59,974 nucleotides of DNA, filler included, from Catajapyx aquilonaris (GCA_000934665.2; 3 parts of 3 records of this genome joined end to end with filler, not necessarily neighbours in it); one strand, 5' to 3'; shown: positions 39,806 to 53,101, counted from the whole stretch's first letter. Notes: generated from the letters alone by a model not told the origin. Made by a program: numbers and translations.

Positions 39806-39842
39806 TTCTTCATCAGCAACCGGAGAAGATACCAGCACCAAG

Positions 39843-42800
39843 ATGAATCTCCTCCTGTTCTGCTTTTTGACCCTCCTCGTGGTCATCAGTGTCCGAACAG
39901 CTCCCGTTCCAGGTAATACACAGTCTATCAATTTTAGGACATACCTCACCCCAAGGTGACACTCGGTTTAAAAAAGAAAAATCATATCAAAACGCTATTT
40001 GGCACTAGAACGGAATGTCGGTGCACGTGAGTGTTTGCCATTAAAACCATTTTCCGATTATCCGACAACACCCGTGCAGCCATTACATTAGCCCGGATAA
40101 TCGGGAGAACAATGTATTGGGGAATGTAATACCGTTGAATCTGGATATAACAGCTTAGGTTATGATATACTTTCGGTCATAACAGACACGAATAACAGGA
40201 AAGTAAGTAATATCGAGAAACTTCCGTCCAAATATTGAGAAAGTTAATTGTCTTTTATCTGTTTGCAGCTGCAGCGGACTTACCCGTAATGATGCTGGCA
40301 AGTAAGGGAGACTTAACTATAAAAATGTGGGGGGGAAACATGATAACTGCAATTTTTGTCATTTTTTACCTAAACACCTAGCAACTATGTATAAGACATG
40401 ACAAACAGTTTGGTATACTCCAAGTTCATGTATCATGCATGAGACGGCTACACGGACTAGATCACAACCAGCATTCCCTATGATTTGTTAAGAAAATTCA
40501 AACTTCAATTCGCCCTCCTGAAAAATTACTCTTTTGTCAGTTATCATGTTTTTCCCCCACACCCCTCAAATCATGCAGTTTGTAACGAGCACTTCTTTCC
40601 GAGTAATTCGAGTCAAAGAGAGTGATACATGCAATAGACTATTAAAAAAGTCCCCGGCGCGGCAGGTGAACTCCAGCCAATGGCGTGCCTGGATTGGGAT
40701 GGGGGAGGGGGGAGACGGAGGATCAGTCGCCGGAAGCTCCGCCGGAAGCTAGGCCGGATGCTTGAAATACATGCGTACAGATTGTCATTAAAGGTTTGCT
40801 TTAAGATGTGCGTCGCAACAATTCACGTTATCAATATTTCCAAGTTTAATTGTCATTACAGTAGGGCTTAAGAGGTCTGCGTGGCGGAGGGATGTGACGT
40901 AGAAGGCAGCGGGAGGTAGGGGGTTGAGAAGGTAGGGACCGTAAGGCAGCGTCTAAACAAGGTAATAAGAACGAATAGTTATTATCCGAAAAAGTGTCGA
41001 GTTTTCGTCCCACTGCTAGATACTGCTAACTTTAGCAGTACCAGTACTTCAAAGTTAGTAGTAAGTTGCAGTGGGTCCAAAATTGCACCCACTGTCAATA
41101 ATTCTCGCCAACGAAATCATATAAAAAACGTTTTTTAGCAGACGAAGTAAGAAAATACTCTAAGGTAGGTTTTATTATTTTGATTCAATGAAGCTAGTCC
41201 GGGTTCAGTCAGGGAGCGAAGGGTTTGAATTTTGCATTTTGGGACAAAAGCATGAAACTCGGTACACTTGTTCTTTGGGCACTTCTGATCATATCTGGAC
41301 GTGGGGTCACGATGACCCACCCGGGTGGAGATCACGCTCGCAGGGTTGGCAATCCCTACCAGGATGCAGCATCCTTTAGGACCACGGCTGTAGAAGACTC
41401 AGGTTAGGTCACTCCCCACCCACCCCCTGCCGAAGGATTACGCACCGGGTGCTCACTTGAGACCGCCACGCCACGAGACATTTCCCAGAGCATTTATGTG
41501 GCGACCCTACCGGACTAAGGCTGAACTTTATAGGTACGAAAGTGGAGGGCTACATGCTGGCCCAACATGGCCGCCGGCGGCCATGTTGCCCCCCCCCCCC
41601 CTTTCGCACCTGTAAAGTTCAGCCTTAGTCCGGTAGGGTCGCCACATAAATGCTCTGGGAAATGTCTCGTGGCGGTCTCAAGTGAGCACCCGGTGCGTAA
41701 TCCCTCGGCAGGTGATAAGCCCAGAAGATAGGGGTAGTGTCCGTGGGCTGTTTAGGACTTTGTATTCGGTGACAAAAACATGAAACTCGCCACAATTGGT
41801 CTTTGGACACTTCCGAACATATCTGGACGTGGGGCCACGATGACTGGCCCCGCTGTGGGTCACTCGCAGGGTTGCCAGATCTAACGGACCCAACATACAT
41901 CTCTGCGTAGATCATGTGAATAGGCGGGAGCTTGCATTCGGTGATAAATACGTGAAACTCTGTACAATAGTTCCTTGCGTACTTCCGAACATGTCTGGAC
42001 GTGGGGCCACGATTACGCACCCCGATAGAGGACACTATGGCGGGGTTGCCTTATCTAACAGAATGTGCAACATAGTACAACATAGCGATAGTGGAATCCA
42101 GCAGTGTCGGTCATCGAGGCCCCACGTCCAGATGTGCTCAGAAGTGTCCAAAGAACTAGTGTACCAAGTTTCACGTCTTTGTCACCAAATGCAAGCTTCC
42201 CATTCAAACATAAACGCATGTTGTACAGTTTCGTAGATACGGAAACACCGCCATAGTGCCCTCCATCGGGGTGGGTCATCCCACATCCAGACATGTTCAG
42301 AAGTGTCCAAAGACCAATTATGGCGACTTTCATGTTCTTGTCACCTAATACAAGATCCTAAAGGATGCTGCGTCTGGTAGTTATGGCAACCCTGCGAAAG
42401 TGACCTCCACCGATGTGGGTCATCGTGGCCCCACGTCCAGATATGATCAGCAGTGTCCAAAGAACAAGTTTACCGAGTTTCATACTTTTGTCACAAAATG
42501 GACAGTTTGGGCCTTTGTCCCTTAGCACCTGGACTATATTTATGATGCAGCACATAAAAACCTGTTCATAGCTCATTTTTTAACGCTATCTAAGATTCTA
42601 TGATTCCGATTATCCGGCAACACCCGTGCAGCCATTAGCCCGATAATCGGGAGAACAGTGGAATGGGGAAAGTAATACCTTTGAATCCGGATATAGCAGC
42701 CTCGGCTTTAACAGATTTTCGTTCATAACAGACACGAAAGGCCGGAAAGTAATATCGAGAAACTTACGTCCTAATATTGAGAAAGTTAATAGTCTTTTAT

Positions 42801-45800
42801 CTTTTTTCAGATGCAGTGGGTAAATTCGGAGGACAAGCTAAAGTAGTACGAGCTGCACGTAAGTGAGACTTAACTGTAAAATCATCTAGTTTTTAACAAG
42901 CACTTCTGTCCGAGCAATTCGAGTCAAAGAGAGTGATGCATGCAGTAGACTACTCACCGGAAATTGTTGGAAATATACTGTGCTCCCGATTATCCGTGTT
43001 TTCCGATCATCCGGCAACACCCGTGCTGCCATTAGCCCGGATAATCGGGAGAACAGTTGATTGGGCAATGTAATACGGTTGAATCCGGATATAACAGCTT
43101 CGGCTATAACAGACTTTCGGTCATAACAGACACGAAAGGCCGGAAAGTAATATCGAGAAACTTACGTCCAAATATTGAGAAAGTTAATTGTCTTTTATCT
43201 TTTTGCAGGTACAGGGGGTTCACTCACATTATTGGTTGTTAGAGGTAAGTGAGACTTAACTGTAAAATCATCCAGTTTTTAACAAGCACTTCTGTCCGAG
43301 TAATTCGAGTCAAAGAGAGTGATACATGCAGTAGACTACTCACTGGAAATTGCTGGAAATACACTGTACTCCCGATTATCCGGGGGTTGATTATTATCAG
43401 TGCATTGCCAAAATAAAATCACATAAAATTGAAGTCCGAAAAAATGTGTCGATTCCCACTGTTACTATTGCTAACTTAGAAGTACCAGTACTGCTAAGTT
43501 AGCAGTAAGTAGCAGTGGGACGAAAATTGAACCCATTGTGCTAGACTCAAAATATAGATCTGTCCAGTAGCTCATTATGTGCTTGCACCCTTTGCAGAGT
43601 TACCTCCCGCGCAAGGCAGCGTCTAAACAAGGTAATAAGAACAAATAAATCGAAAATATTTCCAAATCTAATAACAACCATCTTCATTTTTCATTTACCC
43701 TCGCAGGATCCGGGGGTGGTGGATTCGGTAAGTTAAGTTTATTTCGTTGCTTTTAATCGTCATTTATTGCACGTTAATATTCCCAACTGAATGGGGAGAT
43801 GAAATGGCGTCGCGGTAACGCGTGCGCCCACGGATATGAAGGTCCCGGGTTCAATCCCCACCCGGGGTTCCCACCTTTATCCGTGCAGAGTTGGGCCATC
43901 TCTGGCATCATTTCGGGTGGAAATTTCCTGAAGACTAATCCACCCGGGGGAGTTCACAAAATGACCACTCAACGACAGCGCACATGCACTTCGCACATCC
44001 CCTCCTACCTACCCTTGGAGTAAACTAATAAGATCCTTCTTAACTCGCTCCAACAAATCCCGATGGTGGTAATTCCACCCCCCCCCCCTAAGGAGTAGAT
44101 AGCTCCCCCCGTGGGGTAATGGAAAAATATATATATGAGGCATTCCACGTCAAGTGGGCCACCTTTCCGATAAATCTTTGAGGACCTTGACCCAATTTAT
44201 TCGGATTTTTGCTTCACATGCAGTCACTTGGATTACCATAACTCCAAAAGGGTAAGTACAAATCCGAAGCTTGATGTGTGTGTTGGATACCTATTTTAAC
44301 GCTCTATGGGATGGTCATACTGATAATTACGAGAATCAAAAATTAAAAGTCAAAATTTGGCGCTCCAATTTTGATTTTGAGATATATCTCAAACTTGGAC
44401 CATTTTAAGATTTTTTGAATGGCCCTTAAAATGAAGCTGGACATGTCTGTCCGATATTTCCGAAAACTCTCCGAGGACGAATTTGGTCTTTCACGCGCTA
44501 TAGAAGCCGAAACGCAACCGGTGTACGGATTTTTGCTTCTCATGCAGTCACTTGGATTACCATAACTCCTAAAGGATCCTATCCTAAACTTTATGTGTGC
44601 GTTGGATACCTATTTTAACGCTCTATGAGATGGACATACTGATGACTACGGAAATCGAAAATTTAAAGTCAAAATTTAGCGCTCAAATTTTTATTATGAT
44701 TTTTCTCAAACTTGGACCATTTTGAGATTATTTGAATGACTCTTAAAATGAAGTTGGACATGTCTGTCTGATATTTCTAAAAACTCTACGAAAAAGATTT
44801 TGGTCTTTCATGCGCAAGAAGCCGTAACGCAACCCGTGTGCATGCACTTGGACCACATGCATGCACGCGGAAAGGCGGGCGGGGTCGCCCGCCTTTCCGC
44901 GTATATCCCTCGTTCCCGCTGTACAGTACAACCATTCATGTTCTTATAGTGGCAGTGTACATCTGCAGAATAATAATTGTTCTGGGCATGTTTGTAGGCA
45001 CAGTGCATGATAACCTGCATGAATCTTTATTTTTATCTTGAGGCCAATATCCAGTTGGGGGCTCAGTTATGAAATGTGAATGGAATAATTGTTTTAATTG
45101 GAGCGCAAATTTTTGACGCAAAATTTTCGATTTCCATAATCATCCGTATGGCCATCTCATAGACTGTTAAATTAGGTACCCAAGGCACACATCAAGTTTG
45201 GGATTTGTATTTATCCTCTTGGAGTTATGGTAATCCAAGTGACTGCATGAGAAGCAAAAATCTGTACACAGGTTGCGTTTCGGCTTCTAGCGCGTGAAAG
45301 ACCAATTTCGTCCTCGGAAAGTTTTCGGAAATATCGGCCGGACATGTCCAGCTTTATTTTAAGGGTCATTAAAAAATCTCAAAATGGTCCAAGTTTGAGA
45401 TACATCAAAATCAAAATTGGAGCGCCAAATTTTGACTTTTAATTTTTGATTCTCGTAATCATCAGTATAGCCATCCCATATAGCGTTAAATTAGCTATCA
45501 AACGCACACATCAAGCTTCGGATTTGTACTTATCCTCTTGGAGTTATGGTAATCCAAGCGACTGCATGTGAAGCAAAAATCCGAATAAATTGGTAGATTC
45601 CACACCATGTAGTTACGCAACCATGCAACGCAGAGGTATAATAATTTGGCTTCCTACATAGGTCGATGAGTAGTACAGTCATGTCACTAAATTTTCGTCA
45701 AGGTCCTCGAAGATTTGTCGGAAGGTGGCCCGCTTGACGTGGATAGACGTGAATAGAGCTTTCCATAATATTTAGATTTAAGACACCCTTCCATTTGCAG

Positions 45801-46074
45801 CCAACAGTATAGGCAATGAAACTCTCGTATGTTTTATCCGCGATATACGTTATTTAGTAGATGCCATAATTATGCCACTCTGTATGTAACGCTAATTATT
45901 TCGGTTGTTAGTTTGCAAAGACCAAAAACGACACCTCTACATGAAATGATCACCTGGAAAACTCTACTATACCCTGAATGTGTGAATATCATTTGCCAAA
46001 CCATGTATATTTTGCTTATTTTATTTAATGAAAATGTTTCATTTGTTGCAGTTTGTGATACATCCATTGCATGA
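39843..46074 (+). CDS. Putative micro-exon gene encoding a small secreted peptide (about 76 aa in the simplest isoform)
   Basis: Exon 1 is 39843-39912 (MNLLLFCFLTLLVVISVRTAPVP, phase-1 GTAATA). Micro-exons 40269-40301, 42811-42858, 43209-43244 and 43707-43727; terminal exon from 46052. Joined: MNLLLFCFLTLLVVISVRTAPVPAAADLPVMMLANAVGKFGGQAKVVRAARTGGSLTLLVVRGSGGGGFVCDTSIA. Confidence 0.65.
41195..42536. mobile_element. Second copy of the TAG...CTA foldback family, with a nested hairpin element at ~41436-41705
   Basis: TAGTCCGGG...CCCTTAGCACCTGGACTA termini and the same subrepeats as 24989-26963. The corresponding site near 58115-58180 lacks it. Confidence 0.8.
43800..44000 (+). mobile_element. 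Degenerate tRNA-derived SINE
   Basis: TGGCGTCGCGGTAA (A-box-like) and GGTCCCGGGTTCAATCCCC (B-box). Confidence 0.5.
44137..45743. mobile_element. 1.6-kb palindromic non-autonomous DNA transposon (GAG terminus, possibly Sola)
   Basis: TCCACGTCAAGTGGGCCACCTT pairs with AAGGTGGCCCGCTTGACGTGGA. Each arm holds two ~310-bp tandem subunits. Confidence 0.75.
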
Positions 46075-48685
46075 CGAAGCGACGGACGTAGCCAGCTTTG
46101 AAGAAGACGCCGGCTGACCCCAATTATGTACCAAAAATAACAACCACTAAGTGTAATAAATCATGTAAGGATTCAAGGAAACAATCACTTTCAGACACTC
46201 ACAATAATAAAATCTAAGTAGCCTATGTATAACGTAACCTATATCGCCAGATATGCGAATGTTCATACATGTGGCAACAAATCATCAGGATAAAACAGGC
46301 AGGTAAAACTGCCGAAAACTAAATTCTACCTCTGGGTCAGATCAAAAGTAAGAAACAAGTCCCCTGATTGAGGTTGGTTCGTCTCACGGCCGAGGAGTGT
46401 TTTTTGTGTAGGTATACAGGTCTGGAAATTAGCCCCCTTATCGCGTGGATCTCCAGAAGAGTCCCACCCGGCCGGTTCTGCTCTTCAGTGCATAGAGCGA
46501 CACCCCTCACTGCGACGAAAATTATTACTAAGTTTTATTAATGGAGAACTGATCATATGAGAACGTGGAAGTCCCCACTCCCCCACCTCCCCCACTGGCT
46601 TACAAGATGAACTGCTCTAGAGCAGAGCACTAAAATAACGGGACAAAAGCGCCACAAACTCAAGCGATGCGGCACCCTACCTAACTACTGATAAGCATGG
46701 TCGTCTTGCATGAGGACCACGTTCATTTTTCTGCTAATATGTGACAGAAAAATCTGAAAATAGTTCCCGATGTGTTCCTACTACATTCATTCAAATGTCG
46801 TAATTATATTCAACTACGACCTACGGTCTTGTCATGGCAAAATAAATACTGTACCTAGAATAAATGAGTTGATCCTTTTGAGTAAACTGAAATAATTACA
46901 CAGGCTTGAGATGAAATTTTATCTTCAAAGTGAGAGGTGTTTCTTCTGTATTTTTAATGCCGATTTCGGGGAAAATACGAAAAATCTTATATCGCCCACA
47001 GTTTTTGAGATATAGCGTTTTAAAATTATGAACGATTTACTATGGGTCTTTCCGAATCAAGTGGGCCTTAATGTTGCTATACCCTCTCGGATCTTGATCA
47101 AAATAATCGCATATGTACTAAAAATATTCGTTAATGCCGCTTATAAAATTTTCGCCATATTGCGCAATACCATGACGAGGAAATAAATCGCAAATATCTG
47201 GAAATGACTGAAAATGACGCCTTTTTGGTAGAATTTTTTTTCGGTTAGTGGAAGTGATCAGAACGCAATGACCATGTACATCAAAAGAAAGAGAAACACC
47301 AGGAGAATGCGCTGCTGGAATTAGTTTTCCTCTAAAATGCAAAAATAAATTTTTATATCATTTCATTTGTCACTTGCTCAGTCACAAACCCAAGAATTGT
47401 GACCTCAACAATAGCGATGTGTTTGCGTTACATCAGTCATATTTGGTGACACTAGTTGTGACTGACACAAGGTTCAGTATGTTAAGTTTGAGGCATTGGT
47501 CATGCATGGTTCGCGAGAAAATAATATATAAGAATATATATTATAATAACTTATATGCAATCAGAGCATACGAGAAAAAGTTTTAAAAGGAGCTTCGAGG
47601 GGAAGTAGAAGAGGCATTATAAAGATTTTTGACCTTTTGGTAGGTATGACAAACTGACTGACTACCGTTGCGAGATAGAGGAGCTTTCTCACCGTTTCTC
47701 CCTACATCGTGCTGAGTCATTTTCTCTTTTTTCGGGCAGAAAAACGCTCTCTGAGGCTGTGACGTAGGCCTCATATAGGCCTACGGTATGAATTTGTGTC
47801 CCATTTTATATTCCGCCAATATATCTGAGAACCCTTAAAAGTAACTCAGTGCTTTAAAGTAACAGCGTTACAATAGAGTAATGAGTTGATGCCAAAAGTC
47901 TATAAAGGCTGGGCATTTCAAATCTAACAGCCTACCATATAATATATGGTAGGCTGTGAAATTTTAAATATGTAAGGATGAGTAACTGCGATTATTGTGT
48001 CCTTTTAAGTTTTCGTTGGAGTCAACAGTTGACTCCAACGAAAACTTAAAAGGACACAATAATCGTAGTTACGCAACCTTACATATTTGTTACTCAAAAA
48101 CATACTGTACAATAATCTTTAAATGAATGCCAATGTCAAAATTATCTATAATAATATTACATGCTTGCGTTGTGTGTATAAGCCCTCCGATTGGTCCGGC
48201 CCCATATTGTTTGCCATAATCAGCAGGGTGTACTCTTTGGGTGTATACTGTGACACGCAAAAAGATTGTCGTCACTGTTTATGTTTTTGTGTGTTTATGT
48301 GTTGGCTATCCTGGGCGCTGCCAGGTTGCCGTGTGGTTGTTTATTTGGCGAGTTTCGGAATCCACAACACTCTGATCACCGGTGACGGTCCCTTGGCCGC
48401 ATGGTCCGATGACCGCCTGAAAATCGAAATTCACGTAAAGGCCATCAAAAAGGTGCATTCTCCAAATAGGGTACCCGTACACTCATATATTGTTTTCAAT
48501 TGCAGTAGTGTTTGGGAATAATCTCTATTTAAACAGTATGTTAGAGAAAGAGGTTCCCCTGTCAAAGCAGGCTGACGATGGGGTTGGTCACACACTCTAC
48601 ATTTGTTAAACGCACTGTGCAACAGACCTGACATATTTTCACAGCCTGTAGAGTCGCCCATTTTCATTGTAACATTATTTTAGTA

Positions 48686-48950
48686 GGGCGACACGGTGGC
48701 CGAGTGGTTAGCGCCGCAGATTCCACCTCTAAGGTCCCGGGTTCGATCCCCGGATCGGACGGAGGATACTTATGTGGATACAGTTTCGATGGGTTCTCTC
48801 CGTGTTCGCGTGGGTTTTATCGGTGTTCTCCCGTTTCCTCCCACTATCAAAATCCATCCCAATACAGGCAAATGATTAAAGTCGGTTATTCAAACTAAGA
48901 TGATCCCCTAAGAGGCTCAAGGGGCCTATCACGGGGTATCCATCATCTCA

Positions 48951-49025
<75 letters not shown>
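48686..49025 (+). mobile_element. tRNA-derived SINE with V-domain-like core and (ATT)n tail
   Basis: A-box TGGCCGAGTGG, B-box GGTTCGATCCC, core TTCTCTCCGTGTTCGCGTGGGTTTTATCGGTGTTCTCCCGTTTCCTCCCAC, tail 48953-49025. Confidence 0.8.
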
Positions 49026-49027
<2 letters not shown>

Positions 49028-49302
49028 GTATGGCACCAGAAGCATTCCCAAAAATTTGGCAAGGATCAAAATCTACCTCGGTTATTGCGGCATGCTGGCC
49101 ACCCCCTGATTATACCGGCATGCTGGTCGACCTCGTTTTATACCGGCATGCCGCTTTATGACAGGTAATACGGTATACATGGTCTTGAACCTGCTGGCTA
49201 AGCGCGGAAAAACATGCATCAATTAATTGCAAAAGTGCGAAAGACGATAAAATTATGCAAATAAATGCTACAGATGAACAAGGGACTCGGAATCCTCTAG
49301 GA

Positions 49303-49593
49303 CAGTGGTTCCCAACCTCTTCGTCATGACGGCGCCTTTTCGTTTTCACCAAACACTCACGCCCTTCCCCCCCCCCCCCCTCCACTNNNNNNNNNNNNNN
49401 NNNNNNNNNNNNNNNNNNNNNNNNNNNNNNNNNNNNNNNNNNNNNNNNNNNNNNNNNNNNNNNNNNNNNNNNNNNNNNNNNNNNNNNNNNNNNNNNNNNN
49501 NNNNNNNNNNNNNNNNNNNNNNNNNNNNNNNNNNNNNNNNNNNNNNNNNNNNNNCCCCCCCCCCCCCCCCCCCCCCCCGGTTGGGAACCACTG
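49303..49593. mobile_element. hAT-Charlie-type MITE spanning an assembly gap
   Basis: TIRs CAGTGGTTCCCAACC and GGTTGGGAACCACTG; 8-bp TSD CTCTAGGA/CTCTAGAA. Confidence 0.85.
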
Positions 49594-51329
49594 CTCTAGA
49601 AAATGCCCCCTCCTTACGCACCCGACACTCTGACAGTATTTCCCCCTCGCTATTTCACGCTATTTCTTCTATTAAGCCTATTCGGCATAATTTTTCAAGC
49701 CGTAATGATCGTACGATTCATACCACCTGTTCCCGACCGGACAAATATACACAAAAAAAAACCAACGGCCCAACACGTTAGAACCTTGGTTCGAACCCCT
49801 TTTCCTGTTGCATAATATATCGTCATCTAATGCATAATATATCGTTAATTTAACCGTCAATAATCTGCTTGAATTATCGCTTAATAATTATGATAATTAC
49901 ACCATTTAACAGCATGTCGAGGTAGGTTCTCTCCTTCTCTTGGATTCCGTTGGATTCCCATTTTTGACGAGCACAATTTGCGAAATTATAACATTTTTTA
50001 GGAATAATCCACTATAATTGTTCTTCATTATTTGATCTCTTTTCGTGGATTTGCATCAAATTTTGGTTTTGTATTGTACTTTAAAATAGTGACGGTGGAA
50101 ACAGGCCATTAAAGAATTCAGTAACAATACATAGGGTACAGGTGTATTTTATTGTCATTTAGCTCGCATCCGTATAGCGAAATATTAGTTATACCTCAAG
50201 TTTGGCAGGTAAATCACCTATATTGTTGAAATGGCCATCTAATATGATTTCCAATTCTAATTGACAGATAACGCGAATAAGTTTCTATGTATGTATATTG
50301 TGTAAACAGGCTTATTGTATTTATGAAAATACTAGCAGCGGTACCCGTTCTTCGCACGGGAAAAAAAAGAGCGTGGATAATTACACCGAAATCTTCTCAG
50401 ATCTCAGGCAATATTAAATGCAAAGCTGCTCATTCCCTTGCATATGTAGGCACTGGAAGGGTGTACAAATTCTGGGTTGTTTGCGTAATAAAGAGCCACG
50501 CAACTATGGCTATGTGGTTATCAGAATACAAAGAGGTGGGACAGATGGAGAGAGAAACAAAGAGGAAAAAAAAGAAGAGAGGAAAGACTGGTATCTCTCC
50601 TATCCCAAAGACCTGTCCGACTTGGGCGGCCCTACCAGTAGTCAGTAGATGAAACTACCGCCGGCATAGCTCTTCGGGATCATGGGAAAACGAAAGCCCA
50701 CCACCACGGCAAGGTGGAGATTCATTGGGGGAAGGGGAATAAAAACAATTGGATTAAAAAATTGGGGGAAGTGCAAAATTTGAAACCATTTACAGGCCTG
50801 TTTCTACAGTAATCACCAATAAAATTCTGTTGCCACGGGCAAACAATTTTTTTGCCTTACATATACGTAGATAATTTCACAGGTATGACCTTCAAAGCCC
50901 CTTTTCTCAAAACTGTTCTCATGTGGGTTGACGCATTATTGCATAACACCGTCCAATTATCAAATACAGTAAGGTACCCGTTTACACCGCTCCATTTTAC
51001 GCCGTTTTACGTTAACACCGGTTTGAAAATGATGTAATAAAAAATTTAAATTATAAAATTGTGAAAAATATGATTATAACAACACAATCTGAACATAACC
51101 ACAACACTTCTACACTTTTGAGTCTAATCGCACGACCATAAAATAATGCAATTTTTTGTCTTTCGTGGTACCTTGCGGCGGGTTCTATCGATAAATACAG
51201 TACCGTATTGTTGGTCTCATCAGAACCCTCCGAAGTCTGTTAAATACCCTACGTCTACTGCAGTACTTGCCAAAAGAAGGGAAAAGAGGCCTCAGAACCA
51301 GATGACCCTTCACCTGGAACCTTTACCAC

Positions 51330-51886
51330 AGTAAAACTTCTATAAGTCGAAGAAAATGATGAGCTTGGTTGGTCACAATGTAAAAGAATAGGAAATAAAC
51401 TTCCCTAACTCGAATTTCTATAACTCGAAGTTCTCCATAACTCGAAGTGCTGGCAGGGCCTTACGATGGGATATCAATGCACTTTCAGTCTCCCTAAGTC
51501 GAAGTTCACGTTGCAAGTCCGGAAAATTTTCTAATTTCCCAGACGAAGGGTCGAGAGGAGGCCACATGTCTACAGAAAGGCTCAATTTCCTGATCTCCGT
51601 CTACCAGATGTAAGCAAAGAAGTGTTTGAATCGATTGGGAAAGTTGAATTCCTTGAATTTAAGAGTAGCCAAATGTCCATAACTGAGATGATTTTTTTTA
51701 CAACAAAACAATGAGAAACATTGTAAGAGTGATACTGACAATATTATTTAAGTTTTGAACACCTTTCGTCTCTGGATATAAGGTAGGCTTCCTTATAGAG
51801 TTAGGTGCCTAAAAAATTCCAAACGTCTCTAACTCGAATTTTTTTCCCCGATCCCGTGGAGATTCGACTTATAGAAGTTTTACTAT
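51330..51886. mobile_element. pogo/Tigger-type MITE
   Basis: TIRs CAGTAAAACTTCTATAAGTCGAA and TTCGACTTATAGAAGTTTTACTA; internal TAACTCGAA repeats. Confidence 0.7.
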
Positions 51887-51920
51887 GTGCATTATAAATG
51901 TTTGAAAGAGTCGGCATTAA

Positions 51921-52345
51921 AGGGACACTCCACTCAAAATACAAGTTGGGTTTTAAAAATCGGGCAAAAAATCCTGATTCCGAGGGTATAAGCAGTTTTT
52001 CTTAGAGACGAACGGTAAGGCCAGTGTGAAAGCTGGAAGTGTGTCGTTCGAAAACCGCGCGCGGGGCGGTAGGCGCAGGTGGCGACGCCACCAGAGTGGA
52101 AACGGGCGGAACTAGACCAGGCGTGGACCAAGGGCGCCTGGCGCGGCAGGTGTTTAGTGAGCGCGCGATACTTCTCCGGTTTGCCGCGGGATGGTGTTGT
52201 ATCGCCCTTCTTAGCAGACGACGTGTGTAGATATATGATTTTCCGTGTTACCGTCGGGCGTAGAAAAAAACCGATTGCACGTTCGGAATCAGGATTCTTT
52301 GCCCGATTTTTGGGGGCCAACTTGTATTTTGAGTGGAGTGTCCCT
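51921..52345. mobile_element. Kolobok-like MITE with TTAA TSD
   Basis: TTAA-AGGGACACTCCACTCAAAATACAAGTTGG ... CCAACTTGTATTTTGAGTGGAGTGTCCCT-TTAA. Confidence 0.85.
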
Positions 52346-52903
52346 TTAAAAACTGCAATTTAAGCACTGCATCAGGGAAATTTTTGGAAATCTTGGAACC
52401 CATCTCATTTACTTCCATTATAACTTAGTCTCGTTTTACGCCTTTTCATTTTACCCCGCGTTACGGATAGATATTTTGGTTCCGGTGTTCTGCCTACAAA
52501 AGAAAAAGTAGGTAAAAACCTAGAAATCCGGTTCTCTAGCTTATCATGTTTTTTCCCCACACCCCTCAAATCATCTAGTTTTTAACAAGCACATTTTTCC
52601 GAGTAATTCGAGTCAAAGAGAGTGATCCATGCACTCACTGGAAATTGTTGGAAATACACTGTACTCCCGATTATCCGTGTTTTCCGATTATCCGCCAACA
52701 CCGGTGCAGCCATTAGCCCGGATAATCGGGAGAACTGTGGATTGGGGAATGTAATACCGTTGAATCCGGATATAACAACCTCGGCTGTAACAAACTTTCG
52801 GTCATAACAGACACGAAAGGTCCGAAAGTAATATCGAGAAATAAACTTACGTCCAAATATTGAGAAAGCTACTTGTGTTTTATGTGGTTTTATCTGTTTG
52901 CAG

Positions 52904-53030
52904 ATATAGCGAATGCCACTAGGACCCGGACTATAGGTAAGTGAGACTATAAAATCATCTAGTTTGTAACCAGCACTTCCTTCCGAGTAATTCGAGTCAC
53001 AGAGAGTGATACTTTTTATTTATTCATTCA

Positions 53031-53101
<71 letters not shown>

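Larger units (their letters stand above)
31438..39960 (+). repeat. Segmental duplication, copy 1
   Basis: Collinear near-identical blocks: 31438-32480 with 47121-48170; 32842-33720 with 50331-51200; 35840-37030 with 53108-54082; 37388-38880 with 54355-55820; 39100-39960 with 56320-57100 (more diverged). Confidence 0.9.

Noticed and set aside
40932..40961. Partial copy of the exon ending AAGGCAGCGTCTAAACAAG-GTAATA
   Set aside because: The 5' part is replaced by purine-rich sequence with no credible acceptor; treated as a disrupted relic of the 43598-43631 segment.
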